A stretch of DNA of 60,996 bases, counting the filler, from Hausera hauseri (Eukaryota): NCBI GenBank assembly GCA_046269625.1. It is 11 parts of 11 records of this genome, joined end to end, with 100 filler letters (N's around TTAATTAATTAA, not from the genome) between each part and the next. Parts side by side here need not be neighbours in the genome. Positions count along the whole stretch, not along the records: positions 12,425 to 17,136 come from JBJURY010465133.1; positions 17,237 to 21,976 come from JBJURY010454468.1; positions 22,077 to 26,060 come from JBJURY010840302.1; 8 more parts are not named here. One strand, 5' to 3'. This document shows, piece after piece, positions 12,425 through 25,009 of the stretch (positions within the stretch are counted from its first letter, which is position 1; each line of letters opens with the position of its first letter). The notes beneath the pieces were generated by a model. That model made no database searches. It had not been told where the DNA came from and saw nothing but the letters and a program-made list of their open reading frames with translations. The translations under genes were made by a program, and so were the position numbers.

Positions 12425-15400
12425 GGATCATATGCTTTCTTTTTTAAACTGATTGTCATGAACTGGTGGTGTTTAGTCCCAATTCGCTCCTGGTTCACCT
12501 CGGTGCTATAACCGGTTTCATAAGCCTGTATGTAGCTTTCGAATTGCAAGTTTGACTGCTTGAGTTGATCCCTTTGCATTTGAGGACTGGTGTGCATTGG
12601 GTTTTGAGGGCATCGAATTTCGGTCGTAGGAAAATTGCCTCTTGATACTGAACGCTTTCATTACTCTAGTCTTTAAATTTTCCTATTACAGGTGCGAAAC
12701 GAATCGAGTACAGCGGATCACTTTTATCATAGTTTGAAGTGTTCAACTGCTCGTTTGCTACCATTGCAGGTAAACGTTGTGATCTGAAATCAACACCACA
12801 GTATTCGATGAAAAAACTGTCTGTTTCACCGGCAACGATATTAAGTTCACAATCAAACTGTTGCCTATGTCTCAAACTCGTTATAATTCAGCTCATACAT
12901 GCACAACTTGGATAGATCAAGTACGGCCTGTCCTATGTATGAGGGCCTATCTAATGTAACCATATCTTTATCGAGGAAAACGAAAACCAGGTCATTATCT
13001 ATAATACTCTCCTTAAACTGTGGCTTGCTGGCGTATGTAATAAGCTTCTTAGCATTATTGCATGGTCTCAAGTTGGACCTTTTTAGAAGATTCTCAACAG
13101 TCTTACCATATAAGTTGTTGTTTTTAAGCTTAAAAAATCCTTCTCAAAAGCAATAATCGCTGCAGCTCTCTTAGCAGTATTTAAACCAATATAATGCTTA
13201 AATACATGACCCTGATCAAACTCAACAGCTCGATGAACCTTTTCAACTACAGCCTCTAACTCGATGTACAACTGTAATAGCCGATAGTGAATAACATAAT
13301 TGTACTGACGCTCGTGTCAGAAACAATCTCTTCACTTTGGAACCGAGGGGACATTAATTTATTGGAGCTAAAGGCAGTTGGTCTAATTCATCGTGCTTGT
13401 CCGATGGGACTATTTAATTGTCCCTTATCATAAATCCAAGTCAAATCCCAAATGGCAAAGGTTGAGATAAAGCCCAGCCGTACAAATCATTTACATCTAT
13501 ATACAAGAAAGTAGTGTTTTCATCAGTTATAACCCTAGGCTTATTTACAAAAGTCATACTACCGCGAATACCAGATTGAAAGAACTGATACATTTCAGGA
13601 TCCTGAATGAGCTCAATCTTACAAGGACTTGTTTTCAATGCTGTTGCCCAACCTAAACTTGGAATGGAGACAAAGTTAGTAGCCTCTAAACCATCCTGCA
13701 ACCTAACCTCCTTTCTAAACCGTTCAAAAACATCTAACAAGTATACGTCGAGCTTCATGTATACCAACATATAATCTAAAAAACAGTTACAACAGTATTT
13801 TGACCAAACCAGTTGTGCTTCCGCATAATCGTTATCAATAACACCATCCAATTTGGCTACGGTATATGGAAAAATACCTTTGCCCTTAATAATATCAGAA
13901 GGAAAAGCCGATTCAGTAAATGCGTAGCTATCTAAGTTGGAAGTTAAAATCTTCACTGAAACTGGTAAAAACTGCAATGAGTCTAGAAACTTAACAGAAA
14001 CTGACTTTTTATATGAACCCTGTATATTTGCCTGCATAGTCAGGAATTTTTCAGTAGTTTGAAGGATGACACTCTGGTTCCAAGTACTGAATTTACTTAG
14101 TGCGGGTTTTAAAATATGATGTAGGTGATAACCACGCAAGTTGTGAAACATGACTAGTAAATTATACCTGATTTTGCGAGCCAAATTACATTTGTTGCAA
14201 ACAGGGCCTAAGATTTACCCATAACGTGACAGTGATCTCGAACAAAATCCGACCCGTTTTCATGACAAAGATAACAAGCAGTGGCATGTTTAAAGTAATA
14301 CCATTCAGTTGGTGTTAACGGGATTGTTTTTTCGCATTTTCATGCCATGGGAAAGCATGTTTCTTAACAATTTCCTCCAAGCATGCCATAAACTCAACGA
14401 TAGAATTTTCACGTACAAATTGCCTATATTCAATACCTGTTGCAGACCCTAACAAGAGTCCGGCTGCATCAGGCAAATGAATATGCTTGACTTTGTCGTA
14501 AGGACACAGAATAGATTCAAAGTGAGCATATACGACGAAATATGGACTTATTGACTTTGCCCAATCCTTAAATTCACAAAACTTATTTTCGGGCATTTTT
14601 TGCAACGTAACGCATTTGGAGTTAGACATACACATTGGGAAGTGTTTTGCAAAAGCAGTATCGTACTAAAAGCCATGCAAACATTTCTCACACCAATGTT
14701 TACATTGAATACGGATTTTCGTACTGTTCATATTCAATAGTCGATTAAGATTGGGAACAGCTACGTAGTGAGTTATCATTAATCTTCAAAATCAATAAGT
14801 TAACTACAACACCATTTGGATTTTTGCTGCGATACCAAATATCAACGAATGGATTTTTTGCAATATCCTCATCAAAGTCAACATCATCCTCATCGTTAAA
14901 CAAAAAGACATTAATTGACAACTGCGGATTCTGCCTCTCAAATTTACCTATATTGCACATTTTTATCGGCATATTATTTAAAGAATATTTTAATTCACCT
15001 AAGTATGGGGTGTAATTGCTAACTCTATTTCTATTCCTATGAGTTTCAAAACGTGAATATTTCGTCACTGCAAGAATCGAATATAAGAAACACAAATTGT
15101 CCTCATTCTGCATGTTAATAACGGCCATTGCATTTTTTAAAGCGTCAGGTGTTGCAATTTACGACTTACCAGAGGAGTAGGGTAGTGAGCTTGTTTTGAC
15201 TATATGAAAACAGTATTTCAAGATCGTAACTATCTTCCATCCACTACCCATTTCAGCAAAATTCTCAATTTGCCCCTGCAAGTTATCAGCAAAAGATTGG
15301 GAATAGGCGTGCTCATAAGGGACAGCTCTGTGAAATATAAGACGGCTTAGTATCACTCTCAACATTCTCAAACAGAATCTCAAGACCGTACTGAACCTTA

Positions 15401-15482
15401 CAGGATGGAAACTGAGACGTGTACAGATGTAATGTGGTCAGTATTTCATCAGACGGTCGAATATAAGTCAGTTGGTCAGGCT
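12425..15482 (-). pseudogene. pPolB copy C1 (nearly complete, decayed)
   Basis: GSGWK, AVINMQNEDNLCFLYSI, RDHCH, FHNLRGYH, FLDSLQFL, KGIFPY, GIRG, YIDVNDLYGWALSQPLP, AGETDSFF, IGKFKD. Confidence 0.92.
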
Positions 15483-17136
15483 TCGCTCCTGATCCACCAT
15501 GGTGCTGCAACCGATTTCATAAGCCTGTATGTAGCTGTCGAACTGCAGATATGTTTGTTTGAGATTTACACCCTTGCATTTGAGCACTGGTTTGTTTTGG
15601 GTTTTGAGTGCACAGGATTTCGGCCGTAGGAAAATCGCCTCTTGATACTGAACGCAGCCCTTGTTCTCGTTTTTAAATTTGCCTATTGCAGCTGTGAAAC
15701 GAGTCTAGTACAGCGGAGAACTTTTGTCGTAGTTTGACGTATCTAACTGCTCGTTTGCTATCATTGCCGGTAACAGTTGTGATCTCAAATCAACACGACG
15801 TTTGATGAAAAAATTGTCTGTGTCACCGGCAACGATATTAAGTTCACACTGAAACTGGTGCCTATACGTCTCCAAGTCGATATAATTCAGCTCATATTCG
15901 TAACTTAGATAGATCAAGTACGACCTGACCGATGTATGAGGTCCTATCTAAGGTGACTGTCTTTATCGAGGAGAACGGCTGTATTAATGCTCTCTTTAAA
16001 CTGGGCCTTACTAGCATATGTATCTAGCTTTTTAGCGTTATTACACAGTCTCAGATTTGATCTATTCCGCAAGTTTCAATAGTTTTTCCGTATAAGCTGT
16101 TATTTCTAAGCTTAAAATTCTTTTTCAAAAGGATTATTTGCTGCAGCCCTCTTTGCAGTTTTTAGATCGATATAATCCTTAAAGACATAACCCTTATCAA
16201 ACTCAACGGCTCGATGTACCTTTTCAACTACATTGTCTAACTCGATGTACAACTGTAAGAGCCGATAGTGAATAACATAATTGGACATACGATCATCTGT
16301 AAGCAGCAATTTCTTAACTTTTGAACCAGGGGGACATTGATTAATTGGGGCTAGAGGCAATTGGTCCAACATATCATGTTTGTCAGCTGGAATGCTTAAG
16401 TCGACTTCAAAGACTAAGCTTCGTTTTTCCGTGACACAGTCAATATAGGGCAATTGTTCAATTAAACTGTTTAACTTATTCTTATCATATATTCATACCA
16501 AATTTGCAAATGGCAGTGGTTGCGATAAAGCCCAGCCGTACAATTTATTTACATCTATATACAACAGACTGGTGCTTTTATCGGGGACAACTCTATGCTT
16601 ATTTACGAAAGTCATACCACCGCGAATACCCGATTGAAAGAAATGATACATCTCAGAGTCCTGAATTAGTTCAATACGGCACGGGCTTGTTTTCAGTGCC
16701 TTTGCCCAAGATAAACCTGGAATAGAAAGGAAATTAACGGCCTCTAAATCATCCTGCATCTTAACCTCCTTTCTAAACCGTTCAAAGACATCGCCTAACA
16801 AGTATACGTCGAGCTTTATATATACCAACATGTAATCCAAAAGACAGCTCCAACTGTATTTCAGCCCAGCCGTTTGCGCTTCCTCATAATGGCTGTAACT
16901 AACATCATCCCATTTCGGTGGCAACTCTTTAATAGACTGCAAGTCACTGAAAGATTTGGCTGCAGTATATGGAAAAATACCTTTTCCTCTAATAATGTCA
17001 GGAGGAAAAGCTTACTCAATAAATGGATAGCTATCTAAGTTCGAAGCTAATGTTTTGAGTGAAGCCGGTAGAAACTGTAACGAGTCGAGAAATCGAATAG
17101 ATACAGGCTTTCTAGCTGAACACGTATCATTGCCTG
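15483..17136 (-). pseudogene. pPolB copy C2 (C-terminal portion), head-to-tail with C1
   Basis: FLDSLQFL, KGIFPY, GIRGGMTF, YIDVNKLYGWALSQPLP, AGDTDNFF, FLRPK, KCKGV; clearly homologous to C1. Confidence 0.92.
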
Positions 17137-17236
17137 NNNNNNNNNNNNNNNNNNNNNNNNNNNNNNNNNNNNNNNNNNNNTTAATTAATTAANNNNNNNN
17201 NNNNNNNNNNNNNNNNNNNNNNNNNNNNNNNNNNNN

Positions 17237-17900
17237 TTTCGAAGTGCCTATTAAAATCTTGTGCAGATGAGCTTCTGGCTTCTTCACTTGTAGTGATGTA
17301 GTCTGTTTTGTATGGAGCATGAAGATTTGAGTCTGTTGTGCTGTTTAGCTCTAGGATGGGATCTTTGCAATAGTTGCTGCCTGTGTTTAGGTGCCATATA
17401 TCATATAACTCCATATCTTGTTTTTTTGTCTGGATATGTGTCTTTGCACTCTGCTTCTTTAAATGGAACTGTTATTTATGGGCACCAGTTTTTGCCATTT
17501 TGACAGCTGCCTCTTTTCCTTGTATACCACAGTGTGCACGAATCCATTGCAGTTGTGATACTGTTGTTTGTAGACTATAGTTGGTTCAGATCCTGTACTA
17601 GTCAACTACTTTTTTTGTTATCAGATATTTGGATCATCATGGCCTGGAGAACTTACAGCCAGTCACACAGGAAAACAATGCTTGCCTATGTTTGTTCCAC
17701 CAGCACTCGTGAATCTTCAAAGACTGATGTAGTTTGTAGAAAGTTCTCCTGTGGTGACAGACAGTTCTGTTTTCCTGGCATCAGTATTTGGATTCCTGCT
17801 CCTCTTATTCGTGCTTCTGAAAATCCATCAGTAACAGCATATATCCACTATCCTTTCTAGGATATCGAATGTCAAAGAAGCCTAGTGTTTTTGTTTTTAG
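17237..17900 (-). mobile_element. Probable LINE ORF2 inter-domain fragment
   Basis: Degenerate K/Q/T-rich coding-like sequence resembling the endonuclease-RT linker; no catalytic motif seen. Confidence 0.4.
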
Positions 17901-18743
17901 GATGGGATGTGTGTCTGTATTTTTATTCTGTGCTGTGGGTAGATTATATGATAGTATTTATGTTATACATGTGGAGCCTTTTCTATTCTTTTATATTTTT
18001 TAAAAGTATTTCTTTATTGGCAACCATGATTTGTTTTGACACTCCGCTGCTAGGATAACGGAAAAGCTATTCTGTACTTTAACAAATCTCAATAAATTTA
18101 AGAAATTGCAATAACACATTATTATATTTAATCATTGTAAATATCAAAAAAATAAAATGTAATGACTACAAAGTTTTACCAAACTTTTCTTTTACGTCTT
18201 TTAATCAACAAACGAAAAAATAATGTCTAGAATTAGTTTCTAACTTAATTCACTAGAGAATATGCCAAAGTAGTCAGAAATTGATTTTATTTCGTGGAAT
18301 ACTCAATACTGTTTACAAAAGCAAAAATTGGTTTAAAATGTCTGATAATTCTATGAGATACGAATTGACAAAACCCAATCGTTTATTTTTAGAAAAATGC
18401 AAATACGTTAAAATGAGACCCGAAACGATATTCACAGTGTGTATTATTGAGTTATTTTCAATAATCTTGCAGAGAGAAAATACCACAACTTGATCAACTA
18501 CTGAACAATTTCTAGTGAAGAAATTTTCACTATCGAACGAAATGAATTTAATTTTCAATAGTCAATTGAGAAAACTGAAAATTCCATGATTAATACATAT
18601 AACAACTGCATATTCGATCATTCAGTTTTAATAAAAAAATAATTATACTTGTCTAAAATGATAAAATAGAACGAAATCAGAACAACATGGATCATAAAAT
18701 ACTCTAAGTACGAAACAAAAAATTCAAATTTAGACAGCAATAT

Positions 18744-20700
18744 TAGGGTGATTCAAAAAAATTTGTTTTATTTTTAACTATGCTCTCGAATGATCATGTT
18801 ACGTATCGTAAAATGACCACAGCTGAGTCATTCAGTACTGTGAGTGATTCAACAACTTTCTTAGCATGTTTATAGGTATCAAGATGTGACCACAGGTCTG
18901 CAAAAATAGACAGGAATGATGTTAAAACGCAGCACACGAAGCAGGAACATCGATGTCTCTCACGAAATAATCTAGCGGCATATTTCATATTTCTTTTCAG
19001 GCATATTTCACAGATCTTTCGAAAAGCCGATCAACTTGCTCTAAAAGTGTGACACTTGAGGCCATTTTCGACTTGATATCTGCAGGAACGAGATCTGAGA
19101 ACAGTCCAAGTGAAGCAAGTTATAGAAATAAATACCGAAGACGTCGTTTGAGAGTGCTGATTGGAGCTTCTTCAATAACCAGCAATGTGGCTCTGTAATT
19201 GGTTACATTTTGAATGAGCTGCAAATCATTGACAGGAGCATCAAATGATGATGTGCATGACATCCAAGCCTTGACATAAACCAGTACGACGAACAGTCCA
19301 AACTCCAAGCATGCTGAACCTTCATGTCTACTGAGATGAAACTGAAGCTTGGACATCCATCGGGCATGATGAAATGCCCCTGGTACACGAAACCAAATTC
19401 CCCGTGCTGGCATCTCCCAAAGAATGAGTGTCAATTCCATCAGTTCTCGGTAATTTTCCCTTGGGATAGGTCCTCTGTTTCCAGCCAAAATTTCATGACA
19501 GAAGACAACTGTCTCGCTTCAGAGATGCAAGATTTTCATTTATATGGTCGTCACTGCATGATTTATGTGCTGTCTGATTTATTTTTGGCCAATAATCTTT
19601 AAATCTGAGGAACAGAGTTACATTTGATCCTGATGTTGGGCCAAATACCTTCTTGAACACATTTCCACACAGGACTTTGGGGACATAATGCGGACAAGCC
19701 AACCACAGCAGTTCTTTGCCAAGTTTTTATTCTAGAAGTATGCACACTCCATTTAGATGACCTGTATTTGCAGCTGTAGTACCGAAGAACATGGCGACGA
19801 TGTTATTGACTAGATTCCAGTCACGTATCGTTTTCGTAGCTGCACTGGCTATCTTTAAACCAGTGCCTTGTGCTACTTTAGAATAGCCAGACGTTTTTCA
19901 GTAGTCAAACTAGTCACTATGATCGCTACAAGATTTCCCTCTTCTGGTCCACCAGCAATAGATTGAAGTAGCTTGCCGTCCAAATGTATTACCATCAAAC
20001 CGTCACTTACAAATGATACTTTAGCTTCAGCAGCTGCAAATTCACGATGGAGTGATATACGTCTTCTAATTTTGCTGACAGACAAGGATATACGTGATGC
20101 ATTTTGACCGTAATTCTTGGCTGCTGCTGCATGGAAGATGAATGATGTATTTCGATTTCCAACACGTGTGATCTAATTCTTCAGCAACTTCATGGCTTAC
20201 TGCTTCCATTGCTGATACTTTTGTACGCTTTGTCTGTCCGTGCTGTTACATTTCTGATGATTTATGTTGGACATCTGGAACGTAGTTGCAATTAGAGACG
20301 GTGTCTTCACAACTGTGTTCATTTTCTTCACAATCATGATCAAAATCGTTGTTCTCTGGAGCTACTACAGCATCTGCTTGTCTCTTCTTTTATTTCTCTG
20401 TAGCGCAGTCCGTCTTTGCATTCTAGATGCTAGTCTGTCTTCTATGGGCTCTAATTGCTTGTCTATTTTACTTAATACATACATTCTGCATGTTCGATGA
20501 TCAGTCAAAAATACTTTGTCTTCTTCTATTTTTATAATGACCATGGCTTCATGATGAGCAATTTTAAATAGCTGATTCATTTCTGTTTCAAAATTTCATT
20601 CCCCAGCCATCTGAGCTAAACTACTACGATTCTTATTACGACAGATGTTCCTGTACTTCTCCAATAGAACCCAGAAAGTCAAGTAATTATTTAGCGCTCC
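18744..20700 (-). mobile_element. hATm-type DNA transposon, decayed transposase and one terminus
   Basis: TAGGGTG terminus at 18744; LFKIAH, IHLDGKLL, FGTTAANTG, LACPH, PGAFHHARWMSK, VLNDSA. Confidence 0.75.
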
Positions 20701-20879
20701 ATTTCAATTCCACGTTCTTTCATCGCGAGATCTTAGTCACACCAAGTCAAATTTCTTTGTGAATTTCTTATCATAACTGTTATAGTAAATAGTAAATTAC
20801 GCTACCCTTATCTTTGCACGTTTTCCCCATATTTAAATGTATTCTACTGTGTTGCAAGTTTTACTTAATGTGTTGATAA

Positions 20880-21380
20880 TTTTGTGCTGGTTTTGATAGA
20901 AAATAATTTCGCTAAAATTACATATCTGTCTGTCACACTTACGGGTAACTGTTGGTAACTTTGTCATAATTTTCTGTAGTCTTAATTCGCAAGTATCTGA
21001 GTCAGCTAACGAATTGTAGTAATCATCAAACAGATCCTTCATTCTATAGTTACTTTCTGACGTCTTGGTCATCTTGAGACATTACCCAGAATTAAACATT
21101 TTACCTAAACTACCAATAATCATTTTTCGTTCATTTTTCTGATCCTGTAAAAAATTCTATCCAGCCAGTAAAAATGGTAAAGTTAGCACACCTGCATGCA
21201 GCAGTATCAAATAAATGTAAACTTTCTATTTACGAACGTAATATTGTATTATCCTTTAATATACCTTATTTTCGCATTAGATTTTTGAGCTTTTGATGCT
21301 GATATTCAATTTGTTGTCTAACTCTTGTTGCAGTTACAGTAGACATGCTTACTTTAAGCCACACCTCCATTGAAGGTCTC
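20880..21380 (-). mobile_element. Second hATm-like transposase N-terminal fragment
   Basis: FDTAACRC..EFLQDQKNERKMIIGS and LPTVTRKCDR motifs. Confidence 0.55.
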
Positions 21381-21394
21381 GCAACTTGTGCCAG

Positions 21395-21610
21395 CCACAG
21401 CTCGAGTCATTCACAGCTCGTGTCGAAGTCATTGATACAACATTTTAAAAAATTAATTAGAAACAAATTATTGGTTAAGGTTAGGGTTGGGGTTTAAGGT
21501 TGGGATTTAGAATTAGGCTTTAGGGTTAAAGTTAGGATTATTTCTAAATCACTTTTGAAATATATTTAATAAATAATTTGGACACAAATTGTGAATGGCT
21601 CGAGTTGTAG
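21395..21610. repeat. MITE-like element with ~30-bp imperfect inverted repeats enclosing TTAGGG-like repeats
   Basis: 21395-21424 CCACAGCTCGAGTCATTCACAGCTCGTGTC vs reverse complement of 21581-21610 CTACAACTCGAGCCATTCACAATTTGTGTC; degenerate telomere-like tract at ~21473-21538. Confidence 0.6.
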
Positions 21611-22080
21611 ACGACTCACTTCTATTAGTTTTGCTGCAATTTGAGAAATAATATCCATTTAGCTTGTTTTGTTTAACAAACCATTTTTCACAAACGCATT
21701 CAACCGCTAACGCCAATAGTAGTAGGAAGTTTATTTGCAATACTTTACACAGAACATGTTATCGTCATTTTAAGTTTTCTAACGATAATGAACTACAATC
21801 AGTAACCCAATTACTCTAAAACTGATTGTTAGTAGATCGCGTATCTACCATTCCGACCTCAACGTCATTCGATGATTGTAAGACTGAATTAAGCATTAAA
21901 AATTTATTATAAAAGTTGGTATAACAATTAGCTCATTCACTCATTAAATGAGTCTTGTTTTCATCCTTTTTGGAATNNNNNNNNNNNNNNNNNNNNNNNN
22001 NNNNNNNNNNNNNNNNNNNNTTAATTAATTAANNNNNNNNNNNNNNNNNNNNNNNNNNNNNNNNNNNNNNNNNNNNGGAA

Positions 22081-24014
22081 ATGCAATGTCAGAACGAGCA
22101 GTTATTACGTACGTACATTTTTTGCGTTATTTTTATATACTTTGAGTAATTTTAGGTGAAATTACACAACTGCGCGAAAGGATAAACAGGGGTAACATGA
22201 TCCCTTGCAACGAAATCAAACAGCATCAGAAAGATACATTATTTCGCGTAGATCTGGAAGATATCGTGAATTCACTGCAATCCAAATACGTGAAATCTGT
22301 TAAAGACTTCCCTATACNNNNNNNNNNTTGTTTTAGAAACCAGAACGTCATGCAAATTGCCGAAACTACATGGCAGTTTTTCCGTGAGATCTTATAATAT
22401 TTGGTAACCCTTGGTATTACGTGAATAAAATGTGTGACGTGTTTGAAGCACGTACTACGTACGTTCGATTGCAGGAAGAGGTAAATCCCAAGGGGTTTCA
22501 CCGTTTGCATCTCATCCATCTGAAAATTCCAATCAGGCTACATACCTTCTGTAATGCATTTCGTGCAAGATACGCAATACCAATCAACGATAATTTATAT
22601 GAAGTAATCATTTTTTTAATTTAATCAATTTTATTGTTTCTATATTTACCGCAACAACTTGAAAAAGACGTTTGATGGAGCGACTGTCCCTCAATGGGGC
22701 GTTTGCCCCATTAATATAATGAAGGATAAAACGTTTAAGAAGGCGATGAATCGGCAATTCACCGATGCGCCTTCTTATGACGATGCGCTGGGCACTATCT
22801 TTCAAGGTATTATTTTCTGAATTTTGTTAACCGATTTAATTAATTTTAGCTGACAGGCAAAAATATGTTATCAAGCATAATCAACTAAAGTTTCCTGCAT
22901 GGACAGTTCCAAAACGAAGTGGTGGTCCATTCCAGAACGCAAGTTCCTGATTGACCCAATTCCGTTCGATTGTAGCATCAATCGAAATACTGGCTTATTG
23001 TTCGGTGCTAGTGGAATTGGTAGATTTTTGTCAGATTGATTAATTAGGTTAGTTTAATTTTAGGAAAATCAGCTTTCGCCAAGTCCTATGGAAGTGCCCG
23101 AAGGTGATGCATAACCTATCAGATCTACCTGAAACATGGGATCGAAAGTGTGATATACTCATTATGGACGATATTGGATTCTACAACGTAAATCCTGATT
23201 TGTTCCTAAGTATCCGCCATTCTGAGGATAATGAACATCATTCGTTTGGAGTAAGATGTAGTTATTACTTAATATGAGTTTAATTGTTTTAGGCCTGTTT
23301 AAATTTGTCCAAATCCCACGGGACGTGCCAATGATCATCACTTACAATGAAGAATCTACCTTTTGGCCTTCTGGCATGGGATCAGTGTAGCGGGAAGCAG
23401 TAAAGCGCCGCTGCTTCTATTATAATCCTGGCACTGTAAGATTACTTTGATTATTTTAGTTAATTAACTTTGGTTTAGCATGCGGTTTAAATCGGATCGT
23501 CTACGGAATGCTTGTCTCACTGATAATTGTATCGATTTTGAGAAAACCACTCGTGAGAAAGCTGCCAGGAAAGCCGAAACTGCGGCAGCTGCAGCAGCTA
23601 TTTAAGCTCAGGATGAGGCAGAGTTACTATCTCTGCAAGAGACTCGTGTACTAGCTAAGTGGTCGAGGATGTACTCCATTGGCGGCCGCCTGCTATCGAG
23701 TATACACCAATCAGCCAATTCAGCCAACAGTCACTCCCGGCTTTGCCCTACCAGGACCCGGAGTACAAGCGTCGTAAGCTTGAGCTCCAAGCTTTTAATT
23801 TTGATGTACCGCCGCAAAATGACGCTTTTGAGCTCAGTCAGCATGATGTTGACGATAAATTGGAATTGTATATTTTTTTCACTTTAATCAACTATTTTTA
23901 GAACTGAAATTGTACTGATAGCGTTGATCTGGACGCTGATATAAATGGCATTCATCTATCAGATTTAGACATTACCTCTTTAGATTTACAGTATATTGAT
24001 ATACTGCCGTTGTA
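22081..24014 (+). pseudogene. rep: Spliced CRESS/geminivirus-like Rep (HUH endonuclease + SF3 helicase), ~9 exons
   Basis: Motif I-like RNYMAVFP, motif II-like GFHRLHLIHL, degenerate motif III (NIMKD), Walker A GASGIGKS restored by removing intron 23020-23063, Walker B ILIMDD, B'/C VQIPRDVPMIITYN, Arg-finger AVKRRC; a few stops and frameshifts. Confidence 0.85.
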
Positions 24015-24130
24015 ATTTTTTATATAAATAATTGTATAATTTTTGTATATTATTTCTTGTTACCGCCTTGTAATTTAGTTCTAATATGATTTTTTAGACT
24101 ATATTGTTACGCGCCTATGTAATACTTTTA

Positions 24131-24835
24131 TTATGAAAAACCATGATAACTTTTGTTGTATAGAAACATCCACTCCATCAACGCAGTTTCACTAAAGTTA
24201 TTCGGTCCGATTGATTTAGGAATATTTCTTTGCTTTTTATTCCAATTCCGTGTTGCTTACTGTTCGTTGCGTATCTGCATCAGAGCTACACCACGAGATT
24301 TTCTTTTCCATTTAGCAGTCAAACTTACTATTAAGCACTGATCTTTCGGCTTGTTATCATTTGGTATAGGATAAAACGGAGTATCATCATTGTTTTCTAA
24401 GTTGAGATTATATGTAACTTTTGAATTATTTAATACCTGTAACAATTTGTGAGTCTGCTATCATACTCTCAAAATTACTTGGAATATTTGCACATTATAC
24501 GCATGGATTGTACCTGTCCATATAGCAGTGGACCAGTCTATCTCCTAATACGGCATTGAACGTTGAACCACCGAGCATGTGCTAGTACTCCTGTTTGAGA
24601 TTGGATTAGTATTTCATCCATTGGATCCGACTGAAATATTCCTGTTGACATTGTAATTTGTGTTAGCTTGTCTTCGATGTTGTATTTGACTGCCATTTCG
24701 GCGTATATTTTAGGACGTTTCGTATTAATAATGTACAATCATCCAATGTTTTAAAAGAAACAAAATGTGGCTCAAAATTCAAATTTTTACACCTACCTAA
24801 GAACCATGCAGTACGCCTGCTTGTATGTATCACTT
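24131..24835 (-). pseudogene. Spliced unknown gene convergent with rep (capsid candidate)
   Basis: 42-nt GT-AG intron 24437-24478 joins ..HAYNVQIFQ to VLNNSKVTY.. in frame; stop at 24131-24133 overlaps AATAAA. Confidence 0.5.
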
Positions 24836-25003
24836 ATGTAACTGTCATCCATCTCCGCCCTATTAACCGTGTATGTGCATCGTTTTTCTACCCCGTGACT
24901 CATTCCGAACCACTTCTTTTCCTTCCGTCCCTGGGAGAGGGAGGTTGGCGAGATGTGCTCCCTTCTATCTGCTCATGTCTGATAATAAAGTTGATTGATT
25001 AAT
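24825..25003 (+). mobile_element. Probable 3' end of a 5'-truncated L2/CR1-like LINE
   Basis: Hairpin GAGGGAG..CTCCCTTC followed by AATAAAGTTGATTGATT tail. Confidence 0.4.
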
Positions 25004-25009
25004 CAGGAC

